Shown here: in pieces, positions 10,818 to 19,917 of the stretch
How the letters are laid out: every line of letters begins with the position of its first letter
Position numbering within the stretch: position 1 is the first letter of the stretch
DNA from: Thermoanaerobaculia bacterium
GTDB lineage: Bacteria > Acidobacteriota > Thermoanaerobaculia > Multivoradales > UBA5704
Direction: 5' to 3'
Assembly (NCBI GenBank): GCA_035940855.1
Contig: DASZEM010000012.1
Coordinates: 130,791-194,790, forward strand
Length of the DNA: 64,000 nt
Translations under genes and position numbers: made by a program
Notes under the pieces: model-generated
What the model saw: the letters and a program-made list of their open reading frames with translations, nothing else
Told to the model about the DNA's origin: nothing
Databases searched by the model: none

Positions 10818-11789
10818 CTATGCCAAGTCTACCGCAGGCGGTGTCTTTCCGGTCTCGATCCGGAGCGGCGGCAGCCCCACGATCTCGTAAGTGGCCGAGG
10901 CGATCTGGATGCCGGCCTCGTCGAAGGCGGCGAGGATCTCGCGGCTTATTTTGTCTTTCAGCTCCCGCGACCCGCGGGTGCGCGACACGAACCGGACCGC
11001 CAGCTGGATCCAGTTGTCCGTCAGGCGGAGGTAGACCTTGGGATCGAGGTTCGCCGAATCGAGGAAGTAGCGCCGGCGCATCTCCTCCAGGTCCTCCTTG
11101 GCGACCTCGCTGACCTTGACGGTGTGGCGCTTCACGGCCTCCAGGAGGATCTGCTCGGCCCGGTGCCGATCGGCCGTGTACTGGATGGGCACGTGCATCT
11201 CCTCCCAGATGTAGGGGAAGTCGCTGCTGTAGTTGTAGACCGGCTGGTCGAAGATTTTGTCGTTGGTCACCGTGACGACGCGCCCGGTGTACTGGCGCGA
11301 TTCCACCCAGACGGAAGGATCGTCCCCCTGCTCGCCGGGCGACTGGCCCATCTCCATGATGGTGGTCCGGATGAACCCGAGGTCGATCACGTCCCCGCGC
11401 ACGCCGCTCATGGCGATCCGGTCGCCCACGTGGAAGACCTTGCCGCGCAGGATGACGAAGTATGCCGCGAGGGCCGTCACGACCCGCTGGAGGGCCACGG
11501 CCAGGCCGGCGGACATCAGGCCGATGAAGGTGGTCAGGCGGCCGGGGTTGTCGAACCAGACGGAGAGGATCCCCACCACGAGCACGATCACGGTGGTGAT
11601 CCGGACCGCCTGCTGGCTCCAGAACCGCGTCCGCACGTTCTGACGGCGGCGGAAGAGGAGGCCGGCCAGGCCCTGGAGCAGCCGGCTGAGCAGGATGGCG
11701 ATGGCGATGATCGCGAGCGTCAGGAGGAGCTTGCGCCCGTTCTCCGCCGTCAACCCGACCAGCTTCACCCCGAAGAGGTCACTCGTCAT
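10818..11789 (-). CDS. Mechanosensitive ion channel, MscS family.
   Basis: TM helices, then an MscS core pattern 'GDRIAMSGVRGDVIDLGFIRTTIME...GRVVTVTNDKIF'. Confidence 0.85.
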   Translation of the reverse strand: MTSDLFGVKLVGLTAENGRKLLLTLAIIAIAILLSRLLQGLAGLLFRRRQNVRTRFWSQQAVRITTVIVLVVGILSVWFDNPGRLTTFIGLMSAGLAVALQRVVTALAAYFVILRGKVFHVGDRIAMSGVRGDVIDLGFIRTTIMEMGQSPGEQGDDPSVWVESRQYTGRVVTVTNDKIFDQPVYNYSSDFPYIWEEMHVPIQYTADRHRAEQILLEAVKRHTVKVSEVAKEDLEEMRRRYFLDSANLDPKVYLRLTDNWIQLAVRFVSRTRGSRELKDKISREILAAFDEAGIQIASATYEIVGLPPLRIETGKTPPAVDLA

Positions 11790-11872
11790 AGAAGCCTCCC
11801 GTCCGGCCCGAGCACCAGCCGTCGTGAAAGGCGCTATGCAAACTCCGTCCCGTCCTCAGCTACGATCCGTGC

Positions 11873-12598
11873 ATGGAGAAACGAGTCGCCCAGGTTGTCT
11901 CCCCGCTGCTCGAAGGCCCCTTTCTGGAAGGTGGAACCTGGGTCTGGAAGGCGAGCCTGGGGGATGTCGAGGTGCGTTTCACGGGCCGCGGGAGGCATGG
12001 ACCCTCGAACGAGCGCGAGGAGGTGCTGCGGGCCGTCGCGCCCGAGGCCCCGCCGCTCGCCTGGGCGAAGCAGATCCATTCGGCGGTGGCGCTGCCGGCC
12101 CGGCCCGGCGGCTGCGGCGAGGGCGACGCCCTGTTCACGGACGGGCCCGGCCTCACCCTCTCCGTGATCACGGCCGACTGCGTGCCCGTCCTCGTCGCCG
12201 GGCCGGAAGGGCTCGCCGCCATCCACGCCGGCTGGCGGGGGATCGTGGGAGGGGTCATCCCCGCGGCCCTGGAGAAGATGGAGGGCTCGCCCGGAGACTG
12301 GACCGCCTGGGTGGGACCCTCTATCGGGGTCTGCTGCTACGAGGTGGGCGAGGAAGTGGCCGAGCGCGTCGTGGCTGCGAGCGGTCCTGAGGTGGCCATT
12401 CCCGGTCCGTCAGGGAGACCCCACCTCAACCTGCCCGGGGCTGCCCGTCTCCAACTCGAGAAGGTGCGCGTGGGCCAGGTGATCGTCCTTCCCCGCTGCA
12501 CGCGCTGCGACGAGGAGAAGCTCTGGAGCTACCGGCGGGAAGGCAAGGCGGCGGGACGGGACATCGGGTTCATCTGGCGGCGGGCGTCTTTGGGATAG
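11873..12598 (+). CDS. pgeF: Purine nucleoside phosphorylase / laccase-domain protein YfiH (PgeF).
   Basis: Motifs 'ITADCVPVL' and 'AIHAGWRG' are typical of the DUF152/YfiH family. Confidence 0.85.
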   Translation: MEKRVAQVVSPLLEGPFLEGGTWVWKASLGDVEVRFTGRGRHGPSNEREEVLRAVAPEAPPLAWAKQIHSAVALPARPGGCGEGDALFTDGPGLTLSVITADCVPVLVAGPEGLAAIHAGWRGIVGGVIPAALEKMEGSPGDWTAWVGPSIGVCCYEVGEEVAERVVAASGPEVAIPGPSGRPHLNLPGAARLQLEKVRVGQVIVLPRCTRCDEEKLWSYRREGKAAGRDIGFIWRRASLG

Positions 12599-12603
12599 GC
12601 CGC

Positions 12604-13115
12604 TCAGCCGGGCCAGCGCTCCCCAGAGACCCGCTCAAGGGCGGTCCGGACAGTCTGGTCATCCAGATGAAGCCCAGCGTCCTGAAGGCTCTTGAGCACC
12701 GGGACCGCCGAAGGAATCAGGCCGGCCTTCCAGGCTCGAAGAACCGCTCCCAGAGTGCCTAGAAAAGAAGGCCCAAGGCGCGGGCGCATCGCCGAGCGGC
12801 CCCGTCGTCCAGCACCGCCGAGCAGTCTGGCCTTTCCAGGGCGAGAGCCAGGACGGCGGACTCTCCCGCTCCCAGTCCCCATTCGAGAACGGCCTCAGGA
12901 ATGGCGACGGGTGACGCCAACCGGCCCCAACCGTTTTCTAGAGCCTTCCGCCCGGGATCCGAGGGAGGACCTTTCAAGATCTCGTCGGCAACAGCACCAG
13001 GGACCACGACGCTGGCGAGTTGGTCGAAGAGGAGGAGCTGACCGGTCTTCGCCATCGTGATGATGGGCGAGGCGTTGACGATCCAAGTCTCAGTCGGCTT
13101 CAGCGACGAGCTCAT
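12604..13115 (-). pseudogene. DUF3368 (PIN-like) toxin gene split by a -1/+2 frameshift at an A/T homopolymer (about 12760-12770).
   Basis: The N-terminal frame gives 'IVNASPIITMAKTGQLLLFDQL...VLDDGAARRCARALGLLF*'. The C-terminal frame gives '...GTLGAVLRAWKAGLIPSAVPVLKSLQDAGLHLDDQTVRTALE'. Together they reconstitute a full-length DUF3368 protein. Confidence 0.5.
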
Positions 13116-13335
13116 CGGCTCCGTACTGGAAGGGAGAGACGCCAAAACGTCCAAGAGCGTCGATGAACTCGCTGCGGGAGAGGCCCGCAATCTCTGCGGC
13201 TCGGCCCTGAGAGACGAGCCTCATCTCAAACCACTTCACCGCCGCGGCCAGGCGCATCTCCCGGGCGAATCCCTGGGGATCTTCCCGCAGGGAGGCCAGT
13301 GCGCTTTCAGGGACTTCAATCGTCATCCGGACCAT
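13090..13335 (-). CDS. UPF0175 family antitoxin, the partner of DUF3368 toxins.
   Basis: MVRMTIEVPESALASL...LVSQGRAAEIAGLSRSEFIDALGRFGVS fits the UPF0175 pattern. It overlaps the toxin start in the TA-typical way. Confidence 0.65.
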   Translation of the reverse strand: MVRMTIEVPESALASLREDPQGFAREMRLAAAVKWFEMRLVSQGRAAEIAGLSRSEFIDALGRFGVSPFQYGADELVAEAD

Positions 13336-13376
13336 GATGGCTTCGTCTCCGCGACTCTGGTCAGCTTAACACGCCC

Positions 13377-14465
13377 TCACCCCTCTACCGCGGCCGGGCG
13401 GCCCCCCCTGAATCCCCGGGGATCCCTCCCGAACGCCCGGAGCTGGCCGCAGGCGGCGCTGACGTCGTCGCCGCGGCGGCGGCGGACGGTGGCGATCCAG
13501 CCCCGCTGGCGCAGGCGTTCCTTGAAGGCTTCGATCCTCTCGTCGGAGGGCGGCACCATGCCGGCTCCTAGAACGGGATCGGGATTGACCGGGATCAGGT
13601 TGACCTTGGCGCGCAGGCCGGAGAGGAGCCGCGAGAGCCGGTCGGCGTCCCGGTCGCCGTCGTTGACGCCCTGGATCAGGATGTACTCGAAGGTGAGCTT
13701 GCGCCCCTTCTCCAAGGGATAGCGGCGCAAGGCCGCCATCAGCTCCGCCAGGGGATAGGTGCGGTTGACGGGCATGATCCGGCCGCGCAACTCGTCTTCC
13801 GCGGCGTGGAGCGAGATCGCGAGGTTCGGCCGGCGCTCCCAGCGGGCCATCTCTTCCAGGCCGGGCAGGATGCCCACGGTAGAGACGGTGATGCGGTGGG
13901 GCGAGATCCACTCCATCAGGAGGTCGAGCGCGGCCTTGACGTTGTCGAGGTTGAGGAGCGGCTCGCCCATCCCCATGAAGACGATGTTGAGCCCTTCCAT
14001 GGGCAGGCCGCGGTCGGCGCGGATGGCGAGCACCTGGCCGACGATCTCGCCCGCCGTCAAGTTCCGCCCCGCGCCCCAGTAGCCGGTGACGCAGAAGGAG
14101 CAGGCCAGGGCGCAGCCGGCCTGGCTCGAGATGCAGAAGGTGCGGCGGCCCTTGTCGGGGATATCCACCGCCTCGATCGTGGCACCGTCGGCCAGCCGGA
14201 AGAGGTACTTGCCGGTGCCGTCCTCCGAGATGTGGCGCGAGGCGGTCTCGGGCAGGCCGACGCGGAAACGCTCGGCAAGCCGCGCCCGCAGGTCCTTCGA
14301 CAGGTCGGTCATCTCCGAGAAGTCGCGCACCGCCCGCTCGTAGAGGGCGCGGTAGATCTGCTCGACGCGGAACGGCCGATCCACGACAGGGGCTAACGCT
14401 TCCGCCAAGCGCTCGCGAGAGAGCCCCAGAAGGTCGGTCTGGATTTCGGTCGTGGTGAAAGTCAT
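13377..14465 (-). CDS. rlmN: 23S rRNA m2A2503 / tRNA methyltransferase RlmN (radical SAM).
   Basis: Radical-SAM CxxxCxxC 'CALACSFCVTG' and 'GMGEPLLN'. 362 aa. Confidence 0.9.
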   Translation of the reverse strand: MTFTTTEIQTDLLGLSRERLAEALAPVVDRPFRVEQIYRALYERAVRDFSEMTDLSKDLRARLAERFRVGLPETASRHISEDGTGKYLFRLADGATIEAVDIPDKGRRTFCISSQAGCALACSFCVTGYWGAGRNLTAGEIVGQVLAIRADRGLPMEGLNIVFMGMGEPLLNLDNVKAALDLLMEWISPHRITVSTVGILPGLEEMARWERRPNLAISLHAAEDELRGRIMPVNRTYPLAELMAALRRYPLEKGRKLTFEYILIQGVNDGDRDADRLSRLLSGLRAKVNLIPVNPDPVLGAGMVPPSDERIEAFKERLRQRGWIATVRRRRGDDVSAACGQLRAFGRDPRGFRGGRPAAVEG

Positions 14466-14511
14466 GGCGCTCCTGGTCCGGAGCGGTTCGAAGCTCCCGG
14501 GAAGGGAGGAT

Positions 14512-14793
14512 TCAGACGACCCGTCGCCGGCGCAGGCGCCGCGTGGGGTCGATGCCGATCGACCGCAGGAACGAGAGGTCGCGGCCGTCGATCTGGAAGG
14601 CGGGCTCGCCCGAGGAGAGCCGCCGCGTCGCGGTGGCGAAGGTCACCGGCTCCTCCGGCTCGTTCGCGTCGCGCTTGCAGTCCACCAGCAGATAGAGGGA
14701 GTAGCCTTCCTCGCGGATCTTGCGCAGCGTGCGGTTGACCTCCGAGGACTCCGAGATGGCCTCGGAGAGGGCGCGCCGCAACTCGCGCAGCAT
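14512..14793 (-). CDS. Hypothetical 93-aa protein upstream of rlmN.
   Basis: Strong GC3 codon bias and a 47-bp gap to rlmN. No recognisable domain. Confidence 0.45.
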   Translation of the reverse strand: MLRELRRALSEAISESSEVNRTLRKIREEGYSLYLLVDCKRDANEPEEPVTFATATRRLSSGEPAFQIDGRDLSFLRSIGIDPTRRLRRRRVV

Positions 14794-15014
14794 CTGGTGG
14801 AGCTTGTCGTCCAGCTTGAAATCCTCCAGGCTCCGTCGAGCGGAGCCGCCGCCGGATTATCCCTTGCGAAAATCGGGGTGTCAAACCACTCCGCCGCCTG
14901 CAACAACCATCGCCGGGGCTCCCATTCCAGGCGCGTTTGAAGGGCGGTCCGGCATGGTACGCTATGCGCTTCCTGTCTGGGTTTTCAGCAGGTTTTCCGG
15001 AGGCCGCAACAGCG

Positions 15015-16007
15015 ATGACCGAGCCGATCAGCGTCACGGCCGGCACCGACGAGCCCGCGGCGTGGCTCGGATCGGCGGGTTTCACGCCGCGCGAGATCGA
15101 GCCCCTGCCCGGGGACGTCTCGCCGCGCCGCTACTTCCGCGCCGTGTTCGCGGACGGCGGGAGCGCCATCCTCGCCACCTACCCTCCCGAGGTGCGGGGC
15201 ACTTGTCCGCGCTTCCTGACCACGACCGCGATCCTGGAACGCGCCGGCGTGCGGGTGCCCAGGGTGCTCGCGAGCGACTGCGAGGAGGGATGGATGCTGG
15301 TCGAGGACCTGGGCCCCCAGACGCTCGGCGACTGGGGCCGGGGACGGTCCTGGAGCGAGCTCGGCGCCTTCTTCGAGGAGGCCCTGGAGATGGCCGGCCG
15401 TATCGCGCGGCTCTCCCCGGAAGGGCTCGCGGAGCTCAACCCCACGCTCGGCCGCGAGCTGCTCGCCCGGGAGCTCCAGCAGACCTGGGACCTCTTCCTG
15501 GAACCCAAGGGCCTGGTGAGCGATCCCGCGCTGGCGGCGGACCTGCGGACGGCGCTGGACCAGCTCGGCCAGGGCCTCGGGGCCGAAACGCCCGTGCCCT
15601 GTCACCGGGACTTCATGGTGCGCAACCTGATGCCGCTCGGGGATCCCGCGGAGGCCGGGGGGCTCGCGGTGCTGGACCACCAGGACCTGCGCCTGGGGCC
15701 CCCGCTCTATGACGTCGCCTCCCTTCTCAACGACACCCTGTTCCCGCCGCCCGAGGTGGAGGAGGCGTTGCTCGGAGCCTGCCGCGCGGACCGGGTTCAG
15801 TATCACCGGGCGGCGGCCCAGCGCACGCTCAAGGCCGTGGGCACCTACGCTTCCTTCGCCCTGCGGGGGGCCAACCGGCACCTGCCGCTCGTTCCTTCGA
15901 CCCTGGCACGCTTCGTGGACCACTTCGCCCGCATCCCGGAGGGCGAGGCCCTGGCCGCGCGTCTCGCGGCGGCCTGGAGCCCCGCCCTGGAGCCTCCGGG
16001 GCACTGA
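15015..16007 (+). CDS. Phosphotransferase enzyme family protein (APH-like; anomeric sugar kinase or homoserine-kinase type).
   Basis: Brenner-like catalytic motif 'HRDFMVRNLM' and 'VLDHQD'. The start is taken at an internal ATG (MTEPISV). The track ORF begins at 14937. Confidence 0.7.
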   Translation: MTEPISVTAGTDEPAAWLGSAGFTPREIEPLPGDVSPRRYFRAVFADGGSAILATYPPEVRGTCPRFLTTTAILERAGVRVPRVLASDCEEGWMLVEDLGPQTLGDWGRGRSWSELGAFFEEALEMAGRIARLSPEGLAELNPTLGRELLARELQQTWDLFLEPKGLVSDPALAADLRTALDQLGQGLGAETPVPCHRDFMVRNLMPLGDPAEAGGLAVLDHQDLRLGPPLYDVASLLNDTLFPPPEVEEALLGACRADRVQYHRAAAQRTLKAVGTYASFALRGANRHLPLVPSTLARFVDHFARIPEGEALAARLAAAWSPALEPPGH

Positions 16008-16072
16008 TCTGCTAGACTGACGAGGCCCTCAGGGCCTGGAGGGGCGAGAACCGCCCCGGGAGATGAACCGTT

Positions 16073-16267
16073 ATGCCTTCCCTCGGTGTACCAGAGCTGA
16101 TCATCGTTTTCCTCATCATCATCGTGCTGTTCGGCGCCAACCGCATCCCCCATATCGGCAAGGGCCTGGGCGAGGGGATCCGCAACTTCAAGAAGGGGCT
16201 GAAGGCGGGCGAGGAGGAGCCGGAGCAGCTCCCCGAAAAGACCACCACCGGGACGCGGAACCCCTGA
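16073..16267 (+). CDS. tatA: Twin-arginine translocase subunit TatA/E.
   Basis: MPSLGVPELIIVFLIIIVLFGANRIPHIGKGLGEGIRNFKKG is the canonical TatA. Confidence 0.85.
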   Translation: MPSLGVPELIIVFLIIIVLFGANRIPHIGKGLGEGIRNFKKGLKAGEEEPEQLPEKTTTGTRNP

Positions 16268-16284
16268 CGCGCCCGGCCGGAGCC

Positions 16285-17028
16285 CTACATCAGATGCGCC
16301 GCTCTGGCGCCTGAACGCGCCTCCTTGGCACGCCGGCTGTACTCCTCGTAACGGGCCAGCACCTTGCGCACGTACTCACGGGTCTCCCGGTACGGGGGAA
16401 CGCCGCCGTACCGGGCCACGGCCGCCGGCCCGGCGTTGTAGGCGGCGAGCGTCAGCTCCAGATCCCCTTCGTAGTCCTTCATCAGGCTTCTGAAGTAGCG
16501 GCTCCCCACGTCGACGTTGACGTAGGGATCGAAGAGGTCCCTGGCGCCGTAGGCCTGGCCGACGGCGGGACGGACCTGCATGAGCCCCTGGGCCCCGCGG
16601 GGCGAGACGGCCTCGGGCGTGAAGCGGGATTCGACCGCCACGATGGCCGCCAGGAGAAGGCCGTCCACCTCGTGGCGCTCGGCCGCCAGGGAGATGGCGT
16701 TGCCGTAGGGCAGGTCCTGCAGGAACCGGCGCTGCGCGTCCTGGTCGGGGCCGGGGTCGCGCAGGGAGAGCTCCCGGGGGCCCGGGGCGTCCGGGGTCAT
16801 GGCGGCCTCGAAGTCCTCGGGACGGATGGCCTGGAAGCGTTGGGCCTGGGACCGGCCGCCCGAAACCGCCCAATGGGCCAAGTCCTGCAGCTCGGCCGCC
16901 TCGTCCCGGGCCGGCCTTTCATAGGGCGCGGGGACGGAAGGATCGGAAGGAGTAGAGTCCAGCGAGATCGCCAGGAAGAGGGCCGTCGCCAGGACGGCCA
17001 GGGAGACTCGGTCTCGGGATCGCTTCAT
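16285..17028 (-). CDS. Lytic transglycosylase (SLT domain), secreted.
   Basis: 'ESRFTPEAVSPRGAQGLMQV' and 'AYNAGPAAVARYGGVPPYRETREYV' are SLT motifs. Signal peptide present. Confidence 0.8.
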   Translation of the reverse strand: MKRSRDRVSLAVLATALFLAISLDSTPSDPSVPAPYERPARDEAAELQDLAHWAVSGGRSQAQRFQAIRPEDFEAAMTPDAPGPRELSLRDPGPDQDAQRRFLQDLPYGNAISLAAERHEVDGLLLAAIVAVESRFTPEAVSPRGAQGLMQVRPAVGQAYGARDLFDPYVNVDVGSRYFRSLMKDYEGDLELTLAAYNAGPAAVARYGGVPPYRETREYVRKVLARYEEYSRRAKEARSGARAAHLM

Positions 17029-17220
17029 CGGCCGGTTTTCCTCCCTTGCTCACTGCGGGCCTCGCCTCTCGAGGACGGACGAGCCCACGGCCGCATGTGG
17101 TTCTTCGGAAGAAACACGTACACCCCGGCCAAGGCAGCCGGGTGACGCCAAAGGCACTTTCCTGAAGAGGATTCTCTGCGAAACCGATGCCAGCGTCCTC
17201 GTGGGAGGACGCCGGCAGGG

Positions 17221-17571
17221 TCAGACCGGCGTTTCGGGGAGGATGGAGCCGTTGGCGGGCCGGCTCTTGCGGCGGGGCTGGCGGCGCCCCGTGAGGCCGT
17301 AGTCCTCCACCCCGATCCCCAGGTCGGAGACCTTGTTGCGCAGAGTGTTCCGGTGGACGCCGAGCGACCGGGCGGAGCGGCAGAGGTTCCCCCGGTTGGA
17401 TTTGAGGGAGGCGACGATGAACTGCCGCTCGAACTCCCGTCGGGCCTGCTCCAGCGTCACGCCCCGCCGTACGAGCTCATCGACGATCTGAAACAGGCGT
17501 CCATTCAGAGTCTGGTCAGCCAAGATCGTTTCCCCTCGGAGAAGAAGACGTGGAAGCTGACAGCTTACCAC
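17221..17571 (-). CDS. Fis family DNA-binding protein (HTH_8).
   Basis: The C-terminal 'LKSNRGNLCRSARSLGVHRNTLRNKV' is a Fis-type HTH. Confidence 0.75.
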   Translation of the reverse strand: MVSCQLPRLLLRGETILADQTLNGRLFQIVDELVRRGVTLEQARREFERQFIVASLKSNRGNLCRSARSLGVHRNTLRNKVSDLGIGVEDYGLTGRRQPRRKSRPANGSILPETPV

Positions 17572-17614
17572 AGGCGCCGGAGGTTCCTGGCGCCTGTGGA
17601 GGGATCCGTCTTTC

Positions 17615-18805
17615 CTATTTAGGATCGATCCGGTCCCCGAGATGGATCGGGTAGCGCGACTCGATGATCTTCGCCACGGAGAAATGCTTGTGGACCGAGA
17701 GCACGGCGAGCTCGCCGAGGATGATGGGCGGCAGGCCGGGCCGGTTCTCGCGATAGATGGTGTAGATGTCGCCCGGAGTCGCGTCCTCCTCGCCGAGGTC
17801 GACGTGGACGACGTGGTCCGCGCCCAGGGCGAGGATGTTGTCGCGGACGTAGACGATCGAGGGAGCGTCCACGAGCTTCTCCTCGGACACGGGGAAGTTG
17901 ACGGGACGCATCGCCGTGCTGCGCCCGAGCGGGACGGGCTCGGGCTCGAAGGGTTGGAGGACCGTGCCGATCACGATGGGATCGCAGGACTGGACGATCT
18001 CGGCGATGGCCGTCGTCTCCTGCACCGAGAGGATGCGGACGCGGCCGAGATAGCGGTAGTACCGGCCGACCACCTCGCCACGGAGGGGGTGGATCACCGG
18101 CTGCTGGGGAGCGACGGCCGTGAACAGCGATCCGGCCGAGAGCCCCCTGGCCCGGCCGCCGTCGACGTAGATGATGTCGCCCGTCGAGAGACCGATCTTC
18201 ACCGTGCCCGTGGGACCCAAGGGGCCATGGACGCTCTTGCCCACCTGCGCGGCATAGGAGTGGCCGCTGAGCCCCAGCGCGTCATACTCCGAGCCGATGA
18301 CCGAGAACGGGAACGCCTCTTCCAGGTCGCCGATGTAGCCCTGGCAGTAGATGTCCGTCTCGGCGCCCAGGGGCACGGGAGCTCCCGCGGCCTCGGTGGC
18401 GGTCAACGCTCCCGGCGGCGGCGCCTCTCCGGGCGTCTCGCCCGGCCCGCCCGCCGCGCCCCCCTGCGTCAGGGCGTCGGCCGGCGCCACGTTGAGACCC
18501 AGGACCAGCGGATCGCCCGGGTAGATCCAGTGGGCGTCCAGGATGTACTGGTTCTTCTCCCAGATCTGCGGCCAGAGATAGGCGTTGCCGTAGTACTTGG
18601 AGGCGAGGTCCCAGAGCGTGTCGCCCCGGGCGATGACGTGGACCTGCTCACCCTCGGGCGGTGAAGGTGGATTCCACGCGGTCCAGTGGTCGCCGACCTG
18701 GTGGAGGTCCTGGGGCGGACGGTCGGCGGCCCTTCCGGAAGTCACACCGGTCGTGGCAGCCAAGAGCATCGCGAGCACGAAACGGGAACGCCGCACTCTC
18801 ATCAA
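17615..18805 (-). CDS. Secreted LysM-domain protein.
   Basis: Signal peptide, then a LysM motif 'HVIARGDTLWDLASKYYGNAYLWPQIWEKN'. Co-oriented with the fis-like gene. Confidence 0.65.
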   Translation of the reverse strand: MMRVRRSRFVLAMLLAATTGVTSGRAADRPPQDLHQVGDHWTAWNPPSPPEGEQVHVIARGDTLWDLASKYYGNAYLWPQIWEKNQYILDAHWIYPGDPLVLGLNVAPADALTQGGAAGGPGETPGEAPPPGALTATEAAGAPVPLGAETDIYCQGYIGDLEEAFPFSVIGSEYDALGLSGHSYAAQVGKSVHGPLGPTGTVKIGLSTGDIIYVDGGRARGLSAGSLFTAVAPQQPVIHPLRGEVVGRYYRYLGRVRILSVQETTAIAEIVQSCDPIVIGTVLQPFEPEPVPLGRSTAMRPVNFPVSEEKLVDAPSIVYVRDNILALGADHVVHVDLGEEDATPGDIYTIYRENRPGLPPIILGELAVLSVHKHFSVAKIIESRYPIHLGDRIDPK

Positions 18806-18854
18806 AAGACCTCCTGCGCGCAGGGAGGAAAAACTATAGTCGAGTCTCTATGGC

Positions 18855-18886
18855 TTAAAATAGAACGTTCGCCAGCCACTGTCAAG
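18855..18886 (-). promoter_or_regulatory. Sigma-70-type promoter (TTGACA-N17-TATTTT) for the LysM-fis operon.
   Basis: The minus-strand reads TTGACAGTGGCTGGCGAACGTTCTATTTT. The leader contains the near-palindrome CCTCCCTGCGCGCAGGAGG, which can pair with the AGGAGG Shine-Dalgarno sequence. Confidence 0.4.
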
Positions 18887-18937
18887 TTTTACCGGCCCTT
18901 GGCTCAGGTGCTGGTTGAGCTTCGGGCCGGCAAAACG

Positions 18938-19906
18938 CTAGGGCAGCTTCGTCCGCCGCTCGTCGGCCGCCGCGGCGGCGGCGGTGCCCGGGAAGCGGCG
19001 GCCCACCTCGCGGTAGGTCACCCGGGCCCCTTCGATGTCGCCCATCGCCTCCAGGCACTGGCCCGACTTGAGCATCGCGTCGGCCACCTTGTTCCCCTTG
19101 GGGAAGCGCTCGATCGTCTCGCGGAAGGCGGAGAGGGCGCCCTTGATGTCGTTGCGGGCGTAGCGGCACTCGCCGATCCAGTACTGGGCGTTGTCGGCGA
19201 GCTCGCTCGCGGGGTTCGCCTGGAGGAAGCGCTGGAAGCTGGCCTCGGCGTCCACGTAGCGCCCCTGGTAGTAGAGGGTGTAGCCCCGGTCGTAGAGCAC
19301 CTGGTTGGCGGGCGACAGCGTCTCGGGGAGGGGCTCCCCGCCCGGGCCCGCCGTGCCGGTGGAGGGCGGCGCCGACGGGCTGGCCGGTGCGGGAGCGGGA
19401 GCGGGCTTCGCGGGCGCCGGAGCCGGATTGCGCCGGGGCGGCGGCTGGGGCTCGTTGGCCGGGAGATCGATGTCCACCTCCTCGATCGGCTCGATGACCG
19501 CGGGCGCGGGCGCCGCCGTCACCGGCCGCGCCGGCTCCCGGCGGGGCTCGGGCGCCGGAGCCGTGACCGGAGCGGGCGCGGGGGGCCGGGCCGGTGCCGC
19601 GGAGGAGGGGGGCGTGGACGGCGCCGTGGTCGCGGCCGAAGTCCCGGAGGAGACCCCGGAGGTGGGGCGCGCGGGCGCGGGCGCCGCCGGCCGCGCGCCG
19701 CCGTTGCGGGCTTCCATCTCGGCGACCCGCTGGCGGAGCTGGGCCATCTCGACCTGGTTCATCGCGGCCTCGCGCTGCAGCTCGACGATGCGGGCCTTGA
19801 GCGCCTGGATTTCCTGCTGCTGGGTGTCGTCTGGGCGCAGGGCCGTGCCGGCGCAGCCGGCGGCGAGGAGGAAGAGCGGGACGAGCAAGGGGGTGATGCG
19901 CTTCAT
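18938..19906 (-). CDS. Tol-Pal system protein YbgF/CpoB-like (lipoprotein signal, coiled coil, Pro/Ala-rich linker, C-terminal TPR).
   Basis: LLAAGC lipobox. The coiled coil 'QALKARIVELQREAAMNQVEMAQLRQRVAEME' and a C-terminal TPR 'NAQYWIGECRYARNDIKGALSAFRETIERFP' follow. Confidence 0.6.
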   Translation of the reverse strand: MKRITPLLVPLFLLAAGCAGTALRPDDTQQQEIQALKARIVELQREAAMNQVEMAQLRQRVAEMEARNGGARPAAPAPARPTSGVSSGTSAATTAPSTPPSSAAPARPPAPAPVTAPAPEPRREPARPVTAAPAPAVIEPIEEVDIDLPANEPQPPPRRNPAPAPAKPAPAPAPASPSAPPSTGTAGPGGEPLPETLSPANQVLYDRGYTLYYQGRYVDAEASFQRFLQANPASELADNAQYWIGECRYARNDIKGALSAFRETIERFPKGNKVADAMLKSGQCLEAMGDIEGARVTYREVGRRFPGTAAAAAADERRTKLP

Positions 19907-19917
19907 TTTCCTGCCTT

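Noticed and set aside
12604-12882. A 92-aa ORF treated as a separate gene.
   Set aside because: Its C-terminal half matches the C-terminus of DUF3368 proteins and lies out of frame with the N-terminal part. It is a frameshift fragment, not an independent gene.
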